Assembly (NCBI GenBank): GCA_965198005.1
Contig: CBDAOI010000003.1
Span: 640,001-704,000, forward strand
Length of the DNA stretch: 64,000 nt
Origin: Spirochaetia bacterium
GTDB taxonomy: Bacteria; Spirochaetota; Spirochaetia; SZUA-6; Bin103
Direction of reading: 5' to 3'
Part shown: in pieces, positions 1 to 11,380 of the stretch
Numbering within the stretch: the stretch's first letter is position 1
Layout of the letters: every line of letters begins with the position of its first letter
The notes under the pieces: model-generated
Databases searched by the model: none
What the model was told of the DNA's origin: nothing
What the model saw: the letters and a program-made list of their open reading frames with translations, nothing else
Program-made: the position numbers and the translations under genes

Positions 1-195
1 GAGCGAGCCGCGTAGTGCGGTCTCGTCGATCTGCCGTTCGGGGCGCCGACGCTGGGCGCCGGCCTGACTCTCGGCCACGCACTCCTCCACGGTTTCCACG
101 CGGTAGCCTCCGGTGAGCGCACGCCACGCCGCCACCCGGTGCGACTCTATGATGACGTTGGTGTCGACCAGTACCGGGCCACGGTGGCGCTCCAT
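1..195 (-). CDS. PIN-domain protein, N-terminal part (runs off the window edge)
   Basis: Not in the ORF track. Manual translation from ATG at 195 gives MERHRGPVLVDTNVIIESHRVAAWRALTGG..., with the PIN-type VLVDTNV..E motif. Starts 4 bp after the XRE/ImmA gene stop. Confidence 0.7.
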   Translation of the reverse strand, partial: MERHRGPVLVDTNVIIESHRVAAWRALTGGYRVETVEECVAESQAGAQRRRPERQIDETALRGSL

Positions 196-199
196 GGGC

Positions 200-1336
200 C
201 TACAGCTCGACCGCCTGTTCGATCCCATGTGAGGTGAACACGTCCGCGAGATCGTCGACCGCGACGTCCAGCAGGCTGGCCATACGACGAACGGAGACGT
301 GTCCTCCGTCCAGGGCGAGGCCCATCACTTCCATGAATGGTCTGGAAAACCGGGGTGGGGGGACATTTTCCGGCACGGCACGGCCGTTGTTGCGGAGCGC
401 CGCGTCGGGCACGGTACGCGCGACTGCCGGCGACAACTCGTCGAGTGCGACCAGGCGCCACTTCAGCGCCGAAGCGGTCACCTGCAACTCGTCGGCTACC
501 CGGTTCAGCCGCCGGATCAGTTCATCTCCGGACAGACGCGACCAACTCCCGAAGCGGGTCAGCTTGGCCGCGGGCATGAGTGCCGCCGAGGCGAAATTGT
601 TGGCGAGTTGTTCCACCCGGTTGCCACCGGTGTCGTTTGCCTCCTCGTAGTGATCGGGCGGCATCGCATCCCAGGTGAGGATGTGGAACAGCTCGTGAGC
701 GAGATCGAAGTGGCGGCGTCCGGCGACTTCACCCCGCGCGATCAGGACGGCGTCCAGGTCCGGAAGGCGGCAGGCCGCCCCCGAGATGCCGCGCTGCGCA
801 TCCACCACGAGGACGAGGACTGCGAATTCGCGTTCCATGACTTCGCGCAGGCGGATTGCGGGCACATCGCCAAGGCCGAATTCGGCGGCGAACCGTTCAC
901 CGGCCAGCATCGCAGCCTCGAAACTGGACCGCCGGTCGAGCCCGAGGGTGCGGCGCATGAGTGGTGTGCTGCGTCCGACGGCCGGTGCCAAGGTTCGGAA
1001 CGCAGCGATCCAGCGTCCGGCGTTGCGTTCGTACGCTACGAGCTGCTCGGCCTCGACTCCGGTGTGCCGCCAGCAGAAGCGACCCTCGCCGACCAGCCGG
1101 AAAGGATCCGTGAAGTAGTCCAGGGGAGCCCCCAACACCTCCACCGCGAGCACCAGTTCCTCGGCGGTGACTCTCCGGTTGCCGGTCTCGATGGCCGAGA
1201 CGGTCTGCCGATCCTTGAAGCCGAGAGAGCGGGCAAGGCGCTCCTGCGAGAGTCTGCGCTCTTGGCGCAACGCCTTGAGGCGCGCGCCAATGGGCGACTT
1301 CGACGTACGATCCTGGAATCTTGCACCTTCCATCAT
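200..1336 (-). CDS. XRE-family HTH regulator fused to ImmA/IrrE (M78) metallopeptidase
   Basis: N-terminal HTH (IGARLKALRQERRLSQERLA...TVSAIETGNRR), HEXXH motif in RRHFDLAHELFH, then EQLANNFASAALMP. Confidence 0.9.
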   Translation of the reverse strand: MMEGARFQDRTSKSPIGARLKALRQERRLSQERLARSLGFKDRQTVSAIETGNRRVTAEELVLAVEVLGAPLDYFTDPFRLVGEGRFCWRHTGVEAEQLVAYERNAGRWIAAFRTLAPAVGRSTPLMRRTLGLDRRSSFEAAMLAGERFAAEFGLGDVPAIRLREVMEREFAVLVLVVDAQRGISGAACRLPDLDAVLIARGEVAGRRHFDLAHELFHILTWDAMPPDHYEEANDTGGNRVEQLANNFASAALMPAAKLTRFGSWSRLSGDELIRRLNRVADELQVTASALKWRLVALDELSPAVARTVPDAALRNNGRAVPENVPPPRFSRPFMEVMGLALDGGHVSVRRMASLLDVAVDDLADVFTSHGIEQAVEL

Positions 1337-1384
1337 GCAACAAATATATGCAAATTGTCGTTCGTGTGTCGAGCCGATACTCCA

Positions 1385-1647
1385 GCGGCGCTACACCGAA
1401 GGCTATAGGTCCCGTGCAGGAAAACACCTCCCAGCCAGCGTCCATACTGCACGTAGACGGGCACGTCCAATCCCAGCATCCGCTCAACAGCCGCGCGGTC
1501 AACCTCGAAGGTCAGAAATGCCGTATTGGCTACTATGTGGTCTATGACATCGCCGGGGATGAAGCGGACCGAGAGAAAGACCAGGATGCTCGGTATGAAC
1601 AGGGTGGGGATTACCAGCAATAACCGCCTGATGATATAGGCTCTCAT
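1385..1647 (-). pseudogene. OppB/DppB-like permease, 5' stub only
   Basis: MRAYIIRRLLLVIPTLFI...MLGLDVPVYVQYGRW matches the intact paralogs at 17618 and 42687 but breaks off after about 85 codons. Confidence 0.85.
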
Positions 1648-1728
1648 GTCCCACACCTCAAAGAGAGCTGGAAAGATCACGCCTCCCAGCTCCCTTCTCC
1701 CTGAAACCAGCCACGAGGGGCGAGTCCC

Positions 1729-2368
1729 CTAATGTCCCATTTCTTCCTTCAGTTCATTATCAACCCAGAGGCGCGAGAAGACCGTCAGGTTTTGCATAGA
1801 TCCCATGCCGCCCTCGCCGCTGTAGCCTATTATCCACGGCTGGTGGACGTTGAACGCCGGAGGCAAAGGCCCCCATACCATCCAGTGCCGCTCGATGCTG
1901 AGCATGTCCATGTCCCTTATCGGGCGTTGCTGCTCCTCGACGGTGGTAGCCGCCAACATTTCTTCATACCAGGCTTCGTACTGCGGGTCGTTGATTATCG
2001 CCTTTGACTCGGCGGAGCAGCCTTGACGCCCGCTTCCTGGGACGTGGTACCCAGCCATTTCCCTGCCGATCTTTCCCCGAGGTATGATGTCAGCATAGCC
2101 CTTGAAGTAGGTGTTGTTCATGCTCTCGAGGTCCAGCGCCATCTGCATGCCATGGCGCACCCTTATGTCGTCATAGGGCGGTTTGGTCACGTTCATGAGC
2201 GTAGCGTTGTTCGACCGTTCCGACCACGGGACTAGCACGAGTTCCGGGTTGGTCCGCCGGAGGCTCTCTGCCTGGTCTACCGTGTTCAATTGAGCGGCGC
2301 CCTGCCAGCCGATGTAGTCGATCGTACCGGAGCGCAGTCCCGCCAGCATGGTTGGCACTTCCACGATA
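1729..2368 (-). pseudogene. OppA/DppA-like substrate-binding protein, C-terminal fragment with internal deletion
   Basis: LAGLRSGTIDYIG...DIRVRHGMQMALDLE...SRLWVDNELKEEMGH matches the intact paralogs. The N-terminal half and the segment at about 2030 are missing. Confidence 0.85.
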
Positions 2369-2371
2369 ATG

Positions 2372-2588
2372 AGACGAACGCATGGTTGCTCACCAGCGAG
2401 TGCATCGAGGCTGCCGCCTTCTCCGACAAAGACACGTAGAGATCCTGACCGGCAAAGGACGCGGCGGGCCGCGCCAGCGCCGATTGCAGCATCCCTCGAT
2501 CCCTCAGGCCGTCGGCTCCGCCGGTGTCGGCGAGCAGCGACCGATGGAGGTCCAGGATCTGCTGGTCACTGAGATACTCGATCATCAT
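2372..2588 (-). pseudogene. Doc/Fic family (death-on-curing) toxin, truncated
   Basis: MIEYLSDQQILDLH...GLRDRGMLQSALARP...KAAASMHSLVSNHAFV ends inside the Fic motif (expected HxFxDGNKR). Confidence 0.85.
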
Positions 2589-2838
2589 CACTGCCGCCGG
2601 CGAGGCGTTCGTACAACTCTCGCCGCTCCTCAACGAGACGGTCCACCATTTTCCGGTACCGTGGTGAAACTTTGCCCGCCTCGAATGACCTGACTCCGCT
2701 GCGCACGACGAAGCTCCCGTCACGCGCATCAACCGTCGCGTCGACCTCCATGCCGGGCCGCAATGCGAACTCCTTCACCAAGTCGTGTGGTAGGGTGACG
2801 GCAAGGCTATTGCCGACGCGTACGAGCTTACGCTTCAT
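2566..2838 (-). CDS. AbrB/MazE-type antitoxin
   Basis: MKRKLVRVGNSLAVTLP swapped-hairpin motif; overlaps the start of the doc gene. Confidence 0.85.
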   Translation of the reverse strand: MKRKLVRVGNSLAVTLPHDLVKEFALRPGMEVDATVDARDGSFVVRSGVRSFEAGKVSPRYRKMVDRLVEERRELYERLAGGSDDDRVSQ

Positions 2839-2931
2839 ACGTACAAAGTACTAACGACAGGAGGCGGATATCAAGCTGGCGGCGTCCGCGCGACGCGGTG
2901 CGGGATCGGCTCGACCCAAGGCTAAGGCTAA

Positions 2932-3128
2932 GCCGCCACCCGGTGCGACTCGATGATGTCGTTGGTGTCGACCAGTACCGGGCCACGGTGGCGCGCCATG
3001 GGCCTACAGCTCGACCGCCTGTTCGATCCCATGTGAGGTGAACACCTCTGCGAGATCGTCGACCGCGACGTCCAGCAGGCTGCCCGGCGACTTCACCCCG
3101 CGCGATCAGGACGGCGTCCAGTTCCGGA
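2932..3128 (-). repeat. Deleted second copy of the XRE/ImmA-PIN junction
   Basis: 2932-3082 is near-identical to 128-279 and is joined to 3084-3128, which is near-identical to about 720-763. Confidence 0.9.
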
Positions 3129-3212
3129 CCAAGCCAAACAAACGCCGTAGGTGGCGAAGCCGGCATCGTCCGTAACAAGCCGTGACCCGCCTGATAGGGT
3201 AGTCTGTAGCGC

Positions 3213-3644
3213 ATGGAACGCGTATCGACCTCGCCGGACGAGTACCTCGCGGCGCTGCCGGAGGAGATTCGCGGCGACATGATTGCGCTGGATGGACGTA
3301 TCGCGGCGGCGCTGCCCGGACACCGGCGCAGCCTGTGGGAAGGAGTGTTCTGGGGCGGCAGCGCCCAGTCGATCATCGGCTACGGCGACTACTCCTACGT
3401 GCGCTCGGACAAGAAGCCGGTGGAGTGGTTCATCGCCGGCTTGGCGCGGCAGAAGAACTACTACAGCGTCTACGTCAACGCCGCCGACGGCCGCGGTTAC
3501 CTCACCGAGGCGTACGCCGATCGGCTCGGCAAGGTGAGGGTGGGCAAGAGCAGCATCAGCTTCAGACAGCTCGCCGACGTCGAGATGGAGGTGCTGATGG
3601 AGTTGGTGGAGCGGGCCGGCGTGCTGATGACACGAACAGCTTGA
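3213..3644 (+). CDS. DUF1801 (YdhG-like) domain protein
   Basis: SPDEYLAALP...IIGYG.Y.Y...EWFIAGLARQKNYYSVY...LGKVRVGKSSISF pattern. Confidence 0.75.
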   Translation: MERVSTSPDEYLAALPEEIRGDMIALDGRIAAALPGHRRSLWEGVFWGGSAQSIIGYGDYSYVRSDKKPVEWFIAGLARQKNYYSVYVNAADGRGYLTEAYADRLGKVRVGKSSISFRQLADVEMEVLMELVERAGVLMTRTA

Positions 3645-3692
3645 AGTGACGACGCGACGATCTTCCTATGCGCGCCACCGTAACGATTGACG

Positions 3693-4108
3693 ATGGTGTT
3701 CTCGCCGGTCAGCTCATCGAGCGCGCCACATGCCTTCGACACGCTCAAGGCGGCGACTCGGCTGCAGGAAGAAGCGGGCTTCGACGAGACCAAGGCGCGC
3801 GTGCTGGTCTCGACCTTTGCCGAGGGCATGGTCGAGAACCTCGCCACCAAGGACGACATCGCCGGCATCCGCAACCCTTGCGACCAAGGAAGGCGAGCGA
3901 GGTGGCAACCCTTGCGACCAAGGAAGAGCTTGCAACCCTGCGCGGCGATATGAATGAGATGGGTGCCAGCCTGCGCGGCGAGATGCATGAGATGGCGGCC
4001 AGCCTGCGCGGCGAGATCAGCAAGGTCCAGGAGCGGCTGACCATCCGTCTGGGAGCCGCTATCGCTGCTGCCGTGGCGATCCTGGTTGCCGTAGATAAGC
4101 TGTTGTAA
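3693..4108 (+). pseudogene. DUF1640/CCDC90-like coiled-coil protein, frameshifted in tandem repeats
   Basis: FDTLKAATRLQEEAGFDE.KA...NLATKDDI in one frame; ATKEELATLRG repeats and a hydrophobic C-terminus in other frames. The shifts fall at about 3870-3905. Confidence 0.7.
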
Positions 4109-4246
4109 GCAAGCACGCACTGCCCACGTGACGATCATTCGTGTCGAAGTTCTACCAGGAGCACCTGTGCGACCAGGGCCTGCCACCGGGTGGGCGACGT
4201 GTCCGCGGACTGAAGCCGGATTTGTACGCGTTTAGCCTCGCTGCGA

Positions 4247-6436
<2,190 letters not shown>

Positions 6437-6519
6437 TCAACTGATTCGCCGCCGGGCCGCCGGCTCCGGCGGCATAGACCGCACGACCGCTGTCCGGTAG
6501 ATTAGGCATCGGCAAGATC

Positions 6520-8433
6520 ATGGCACAGTCATACACGCGACTCACGGAACCGCTGGTGCGCGCCGGCGGCACGCTCCGCCCGGCAACCTGGGATGAGGCG
6601 CTGCGGCGCGCGGCGCACGGGCTGCAGGCGGCCATCGGGCGCGGCCCCACCCGGTCGTTCGGGCTGTTCAGCTGCTCGAAGGCGACCAACGAGATGAACT
6701 TTCTGGCGCAGAAGTTCGCCCGGGTGGCGGTCGGCAGCAACAACGTCGATAGCTGCAACCGCACCTGACACGCACCGAGCGTCGTCGGTCTGGCGGCGGT
6801 ATTCGGTGCCGGGGGCGGTACCAGCTCCTATCGGGAAGTGGAGGATACCGACCTCATCATCCTGTGGGGCTCCAATGCGCGCGAGACCCATCCGATTTTT
6901 TTCCACCATGTGTTGAAGGGGATCAATCAGGGCGCGCGGATGATGGCCGTGGACCCGCGCCGCACCAGCTCGGCGCAGTGGGCGGATCTGTGGCTGGGCG
7001 TCGACGTCGGCTCCGACGTGGCACTGTCCAACGCGGTGGCGCGCGAGATCATCGCCGCCGGCCTGGAGAATCGCGCCTTCATCGAGCACGCCACCTGCGG
7101 GTTCGACCAGTATCGCCGCTCGGTCGAGCCGTTTACCCTGGAGCGCGGCGAGGAGCTGACCGGCGTCCCGGCGGCGGCGATCCGCACGCTGGCCCATGCC
7201 TACGCCTCCGCCGACCGCGCCCAGTTGTGCTGGACCCTGGGCATCACCGAGCACCACAACGCGGTCGACAACGTGCTGGCGCTGATCAATCTCGGGCTGC
7301 TCACCGGCCACGTCGGGCGCTACGGCTCGGGGCTCAACCCGCTGCGCGGCCAGAACAACGTGCAAGGCGGCGGCGACATGGGCGCGTTGCCCAACAAGCT
7401 GCCCGGCTTCCAGGACGTGGAGGACGCCGCCTTGCGCGCCAGGTTCGAGGCCGCCTGGGGCGTGCCGGTGCCGGCTGCCAACGGCTGGCACCTGTCGCAG
7501 ATGTTCGAGGCGATGGAGCACGGCGACCTCACCACGCTGTACGTGATCGGCGAGAATCCGGCGCAGTCGGAGGCGGACGGAGAGCGCGCCCGCAGGCTGC
7601 TGGCCGGCCTCGACCACCTGATCGTGCAGGATATCTTCCTCACGCGGACCGCCGCGATGGCGGACGTGGTGCTGCCGGCGGCGGCCTCGTGGGCGGAAGC
7701 GGAAGGCACCGTGACCAGCAGCGAGCGGCGCGTGCAGCGGGTGCGCAGGGCGCTGCCGCCGCCCGGTCAGGCGCGCGATGACATGGCGATCCTGTGCGAC
7801 CTGGCGCGCCTGCTCGGACACGACTGGGGGTCGCCGACCGCCGAGCAGGTGTGGGACGAGTTGCGGTCGCTGTCCCCGATGCACGGCGGCATGAGCTACG
7901 CGCGTCTGGACGAGCAGGGCGGCATTCAGTGGCCGTGCCCGCACGAACGGCATCCCGGCACCCCGATCCTGCACGAGCGTCTGTGGCGGGTCCCGCTCGA
8001 GGGTCCTCCGGCGCCGTTCCACGCGCTGGAGCATCAGCCGCCGGTGGACGTGCTGGATGACCAGTTCCCGTTGCGCCTGACCACCGGGCGCACGCTCGAT
8101 TCCTTCAACACCGGCGTGCAGAGCGGCGGCTTCCGGTCGCCGATTCGGCGCGGCGACACGGTCGACCTCTGCCGGGAGGATGGGCGGCGGTTCGGCGTTG
8201 CGGACGGCGAGCGGGTGCAGGTGAGCTCGCGCCGGGGCGCGCTCGAGGTCACCGCGCGGTACGCTGACGGGCTGCGTCCCGGGCTGGTGTTCATGACCCT
8301 GCACTTTCCCGATCGGGTGGATACCAACCGGCTCACCATCGACGCCTGGGACCCCAAGTCGGGCACCGCCGAGTTCAAGGCGACCGCGGTCCGGATCGAC
8401 AAGCTGGCCGAGCCGGCAGGCGCCGCCCGCTGA
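6520..8433 (+). CDS. Selenocysteine-containing Mo/W-bisPGD formate dehydrogenase catalytic subunit (637 aa, TGA at 6766-6768)
   Basis: Track ORFs 6520-6768 and 6838-8433 are in the same frame, separated only by TGA in NNVDSCNRT-U-HAPSV (compare FdhF CARV-U-HGPSV). Also has PLRGQNNVQG, and a SECIS-like hairpin follows the TGA. Confidence 0.92.
6766..6809 (+). promoter_or_regulatory. Bacterial SECIS element
   Basis: After the TGA, GCACCGA(6772-6778) pairs with TCGGTGC(6803-6809). The upper stem CGTCGTC/GGCGGCG closes a GGTCT loop, resembling the E. coli fdhF apical GGUCU. Confidence 0.8.
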
Positions 8434-10454
8434 TGGATCTGCATCTCGCCGCCACTGCCCCGACCGACGCGGAACGGGCGGCCGTCGATGGCGTAGTGGA
8501 CGGCGCCGCGCAGGCTGCGGCCGGCGGCACGGTGCAGGAGTCGGCGGCTGGCGGCGCGGTGCTGCGGGCGGCCGGCGGGCGGGTCGGGGTGGGCGGCGTG
8601 CGGGTTCGCCGGAGCATTCGGCACCTGCTGCTGCCGGCGCTGCACGGGGTGCAGGACGCGATCGGCTGGATCAGTCCGGCGGCGCTGAACTACGTCAGCG
8701 AGCGTCTGGGCGTGCCGCCGGCCGAGGCATACGGCGTGGCCACCTTCTACGCGCTGCTGTCCACTACCGAGCAGCCGCCGCGGGTGGCCCACGTGTGCGA
8801 CGACATCGTGTGCCGCGGCGCCGGCGCGCTGGACCTCTGCCGCCAGCTCGAGGAGCGGCTCGGACCCGCGCACCATGCCGGCGGCCCGGTCGGGGCGGCA
8901 GTGGCCGGCACCGGTCTGGCAGCACCGGGCGGGTCCGCCACGTGCGCTGCTGCACCGCCCGGCGCCGCGGCAGGTGGCGCCGGTGCAGGCGCAGCCGCCT
9001 CAGGCGGCCAGGCCGCGTGGGTCACCAGCCCCTGCCTGGGGCTGTGCGAGGCCGCGCCCGCGGTGCTGCTGCAACTGGCCGGGGAAGCCGACGCCACTCT
9101 GGCCCCGGCCACGGCCGCTGCGGTCTGCGCTGCGCTCGCTACTGCGCCCGCGACCGCAGGGCCCGCGACTGGCGCGGCGCTGGCCGGCGCCCGCTCCGCG
9201 CCGCAGGTGGCCGATCCCGCCGCCGCGGCGCGACTCACCCTGCTGCGCCGCGTCGGCCGGGCCGATCCCGAGAGCATCAGCGACTACCGCCGGCACGGCG
9301 GCTGTGCCGCGTTGCGCCGCGCCGTCGAGCTCGGCCCTGACGGCGTGTTGCGCGAGCTGCGCGACTCCGGACTGCAGGGGCGCGGCGGCGCCGCCTTCCC
9401 CACCGCCGCCAAGTGGGAGGCGGTGGCCCGCGCCGCGGCGCGGCCCCACTACGTGGTGTGCAACGCCGACGAGTCGGAGCCGGGCACCTTCAAGGACCGG
9501 GTGGTGATGGAGCAGGATCCGTTCGCCGTGATCGAGGCGATGGTGATCGCCGGCTTCACCACCGGCGCCACGGTCGGCTACCTGTACGTCCGCGGCGAGT
9601 ACCCGCTGGCCACCCGCCGCCTGCAGGCCGCCATCGCCCAGGCCTGCGACTGGGGCCTGCTCGGCCGCGACATCATGGGCCTGGGGGTCGACTTCGAGCT
9701 CGAGCTGCGGCGCGGCGCCGGCGCCTACGTCTGCGGCGAGGAGACCGCGCTGTTCAACTCGCTGGAGGGCTTCCGCGGCGAGCCGCGCAGCAAGCCGCCC
9801 TACCCCACCGAGGCGGGCCTGTTCGGCAAGCCGACCGCGGTCAACAACGTGGAGACGCTGATCAACCTGCCACCGATCCTGCTCGTGGGCGGCCGCGCCT
9901 ATGCCGCGGTCGGCACCGAGCACTCCACCGGCCCCAAGCTGTTCTGTCTGTCGGGCGCAGTGGCGCAGCCGGGCGTCTACGAGGTGGAGTTCGGGACCAC
10001 TCTGCGGGAACTGCTGGAGCTGGCCGGCGGCACCATCGGCGGCGAGCCGCGCGCCGTCCTGCTCGGCGGCGCGGCGGGCAGCTTCGTCGGCCCGGAGCAG
10101 CTCGACCTGCCGCTCACCTTCGAGGACACCCGCGCCGCCGGCACCGGCCTCGGCTCCGGCGTGGTGATGCCGTTCGCACCCGGCACCGACTTCCTCGACG
10201 TCACGCGCCGCATCGCGCAATTCTTCCGCGACGAGTCGTGCGGCCAGTGCGTGCCGTGCCGGGTGGGTACCGTGCGCCAGGAAGAGGCGCTGGCGCGGCT
10301 GGGCGCCGGCGGCTGCGCCGAACGGGAGCTGCTGGCCGACTTGGCGCAAGTGATGGGCGACGCGTCGATCTGCGGCCTGGGCCACACCGCGGCGTCCGCG
10401 TTGCAGTCGGCGCTGGCCCTCGGACTGCTCGATCCAAACGGAGGCGGACGATGA
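8433..10454 (+). CDS. NuoE-NuoF (FdsG-FdsB-like) fusion, NAD(H)/FMN diaphorase subunit
   Basis: LLPALHGVQDAIGWIS...VATFY, C-x4-C...CLGLC; SGLQGRGGAAFPT, CNADESEPGTFKDR, GAGAYVCGEETAL, ESCGQCVPCR. Confidence 0.93.
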   Translation: MDLHLAATAPTDAERAAVDGVVDGAAQAAAGGTVQESAAGGAVLRAAGGRVGVGGVRVRRSIRHLLLPALHGVQDAIGWISPAALNYVSERLGVPPAEAYGVATFYALLSTTEQPPRVAHVCDDIVCRGAGALDLCRQLEERLGPAHHAGGPVGAAVAGTGLAAPGGSATCAAAPPGAAAGGAGAGAAASGGQAAWVTSPCLGLCEAAPAVLLQLAGEADATLAPATAAAVCAALATAPATAGPATGAALAGARSAPQVADPAAAARLTLLRRVGRADPESISDYRRHGGCAALRRAVELGPDGVLRELRDSGLQGRGGAAFPTAAKWEAVARAAARPHYVVCNADESEPGTFKDRVVMEQDPFAVIEAMVIAGFTTGATVGYLYVRGEYPLATRRLQAAIAQACDWGLLGRDIMGLGVDFELELRRGAGAYVCGEETALFNSLEGFRGEPRSKPPYPTEAGLFGKPTAVNNVETLINLPPILLVGGRAYAAVGTEHSTGPKLFCLSGAVAQPGVYEVEFGTTLRELLELAGGTIGGEPRAVLLGGAAGSFVGPEQLDLPLTFEDTRAAGTGLGSGVVMPFAPGTDFLDVTRRIAQFFRDESCGQCVPCRVGTVRQEEALARLGAGGCAERELLADLAQVMGDASICGLGHTAASALQSALALGLLDPNGGGR

Positions 10455-11380
10455 GCGAAGCGGAGCGCAGCCTGACGCTGACGGTGGATGGCCGCCCGGT
10501 ACAGGTGGCGGAGGGCGCCACCATTCTCGGTGCCTGCCGCCAGTTGGAGATAGACACCCCGACCCTGTGCTTCGCGGACAACCTGACCCCGGTCAATGCC
10601 TGCCGGGTGTGCGTGGTCGAGCTGGAAGGCTCGCGCACCCTGGTGCCGGCCTGCGCTCGCGCCGCCGCGGAGGGCATGCAGGTGCGCACCGACTCCGAGC
10701 GCGTGCGCCACAGCCGCCGCCTGGTGCTGGAGCTGCTCGCCTCGTCGGTGGACCTGAGCTGCGCCGGCGGGGCGGTGCGCCGCTGGCAGGCCGCCTACGG
10801 CGCCGAGCCGGAGCGCTTCGGACCGCGGGCGCCCGACGCCGCGCCGGGCGAGCGGGAGCGGCAGCACGCCGGCCACCACGCCGCGCCGGACGGGCAGAGC
10901 GCGGCCACGGTCGGCCAGCCGGCCAAGGTGCAGGACGACCTCTACGTGCGCGACTACAAACGCTGCATCCTCTGCTACAAGTGCGTGGAGGCGTGCGGCG
11001 AGGACGCCCAGAACACCTTCGCCATCGCCGTGGCGGGGCGCGGCTTCGATGCCCGCATCGCCACCGAATACGAGCAGCCGCTGCCCGAGTCGGCGTGCGT
11101 CTACTGCGGCAACTGCATCGGCGTGTGCCCCACCGGCGCGCTGATGTTCAAGAGCGAATGGGACCACCGTGCCGCCGGCACCTGGGACGAGTCGCGGCAG
11201 AGCGTCACCCGCACCGTCTGCCCCTACTGCGGCGTGGGCTGCAACTTGGAACTGCACGTGCAGGATGAGGAGATCGTCAAGGTCACCTCGCCGACGGACC
11301 ATTCGGTGACCCACGGCCACCTGTGCATCAAGGGGCGGTTCGGCTTCCAGTTCGTGCAGAATCGGCCGCCGCCGGAGTAG
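10451..11380 (+). CDS. Fe-S subunit: 2Fe-2S + 2x4Fe-4S + molybdopterin-oxidoreductase Fe4S4 domain (N-terminal portion of FdsA/NuoG-like proteins)
   Basis: ATG at 10451 overlaps the upstream stop. PTLC...ACRVCVVE, CILCYKC, CVYCGNCIGVCP, and C-terminal TVCPYCGVGC...LCIKGRFG. Confidence 0.92.
   Translation: MSEAERSLTLTVDGRPVQVAEGATILGACRQLEIDTPTLCFADNLTPVNACRVCVVELEGSRTLVPACARAAAEGMQVRTDSERVRHSRRLVLELLASSVDLSCAGGAVRRWQAAYGAEPERFGPRAPDAAPGERERQHAGHHAAPDGQSAATVGQPAKVQDDLYVRDYKRCILCYKCVEACGEDAQNTFAIAVAGRGFDARIATEYEQPLPESACVYCGNCIGVCPTGALMFKSEWDHRAAGTWDESRQSVTRTVCPYCGVGCNLELHVQDEEIVKVTSPTDHSVTHGHLCIKGRFGFQFVQNRPPPE

Noticed and set aside
6520-6768. Separate 82-aa gene or nonsense pseudogene
   Set aside because: The TGA is at the Sec ligand position with a SECIS-like hairpin; the frame continues to 8433.
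11328-11380. Functional antisense overlap of fdhD and the Fe-S gene
   Set aside because: A short convergent overlap from a non-conserved-looking FdhD tail, which is common in high-GC genomes.
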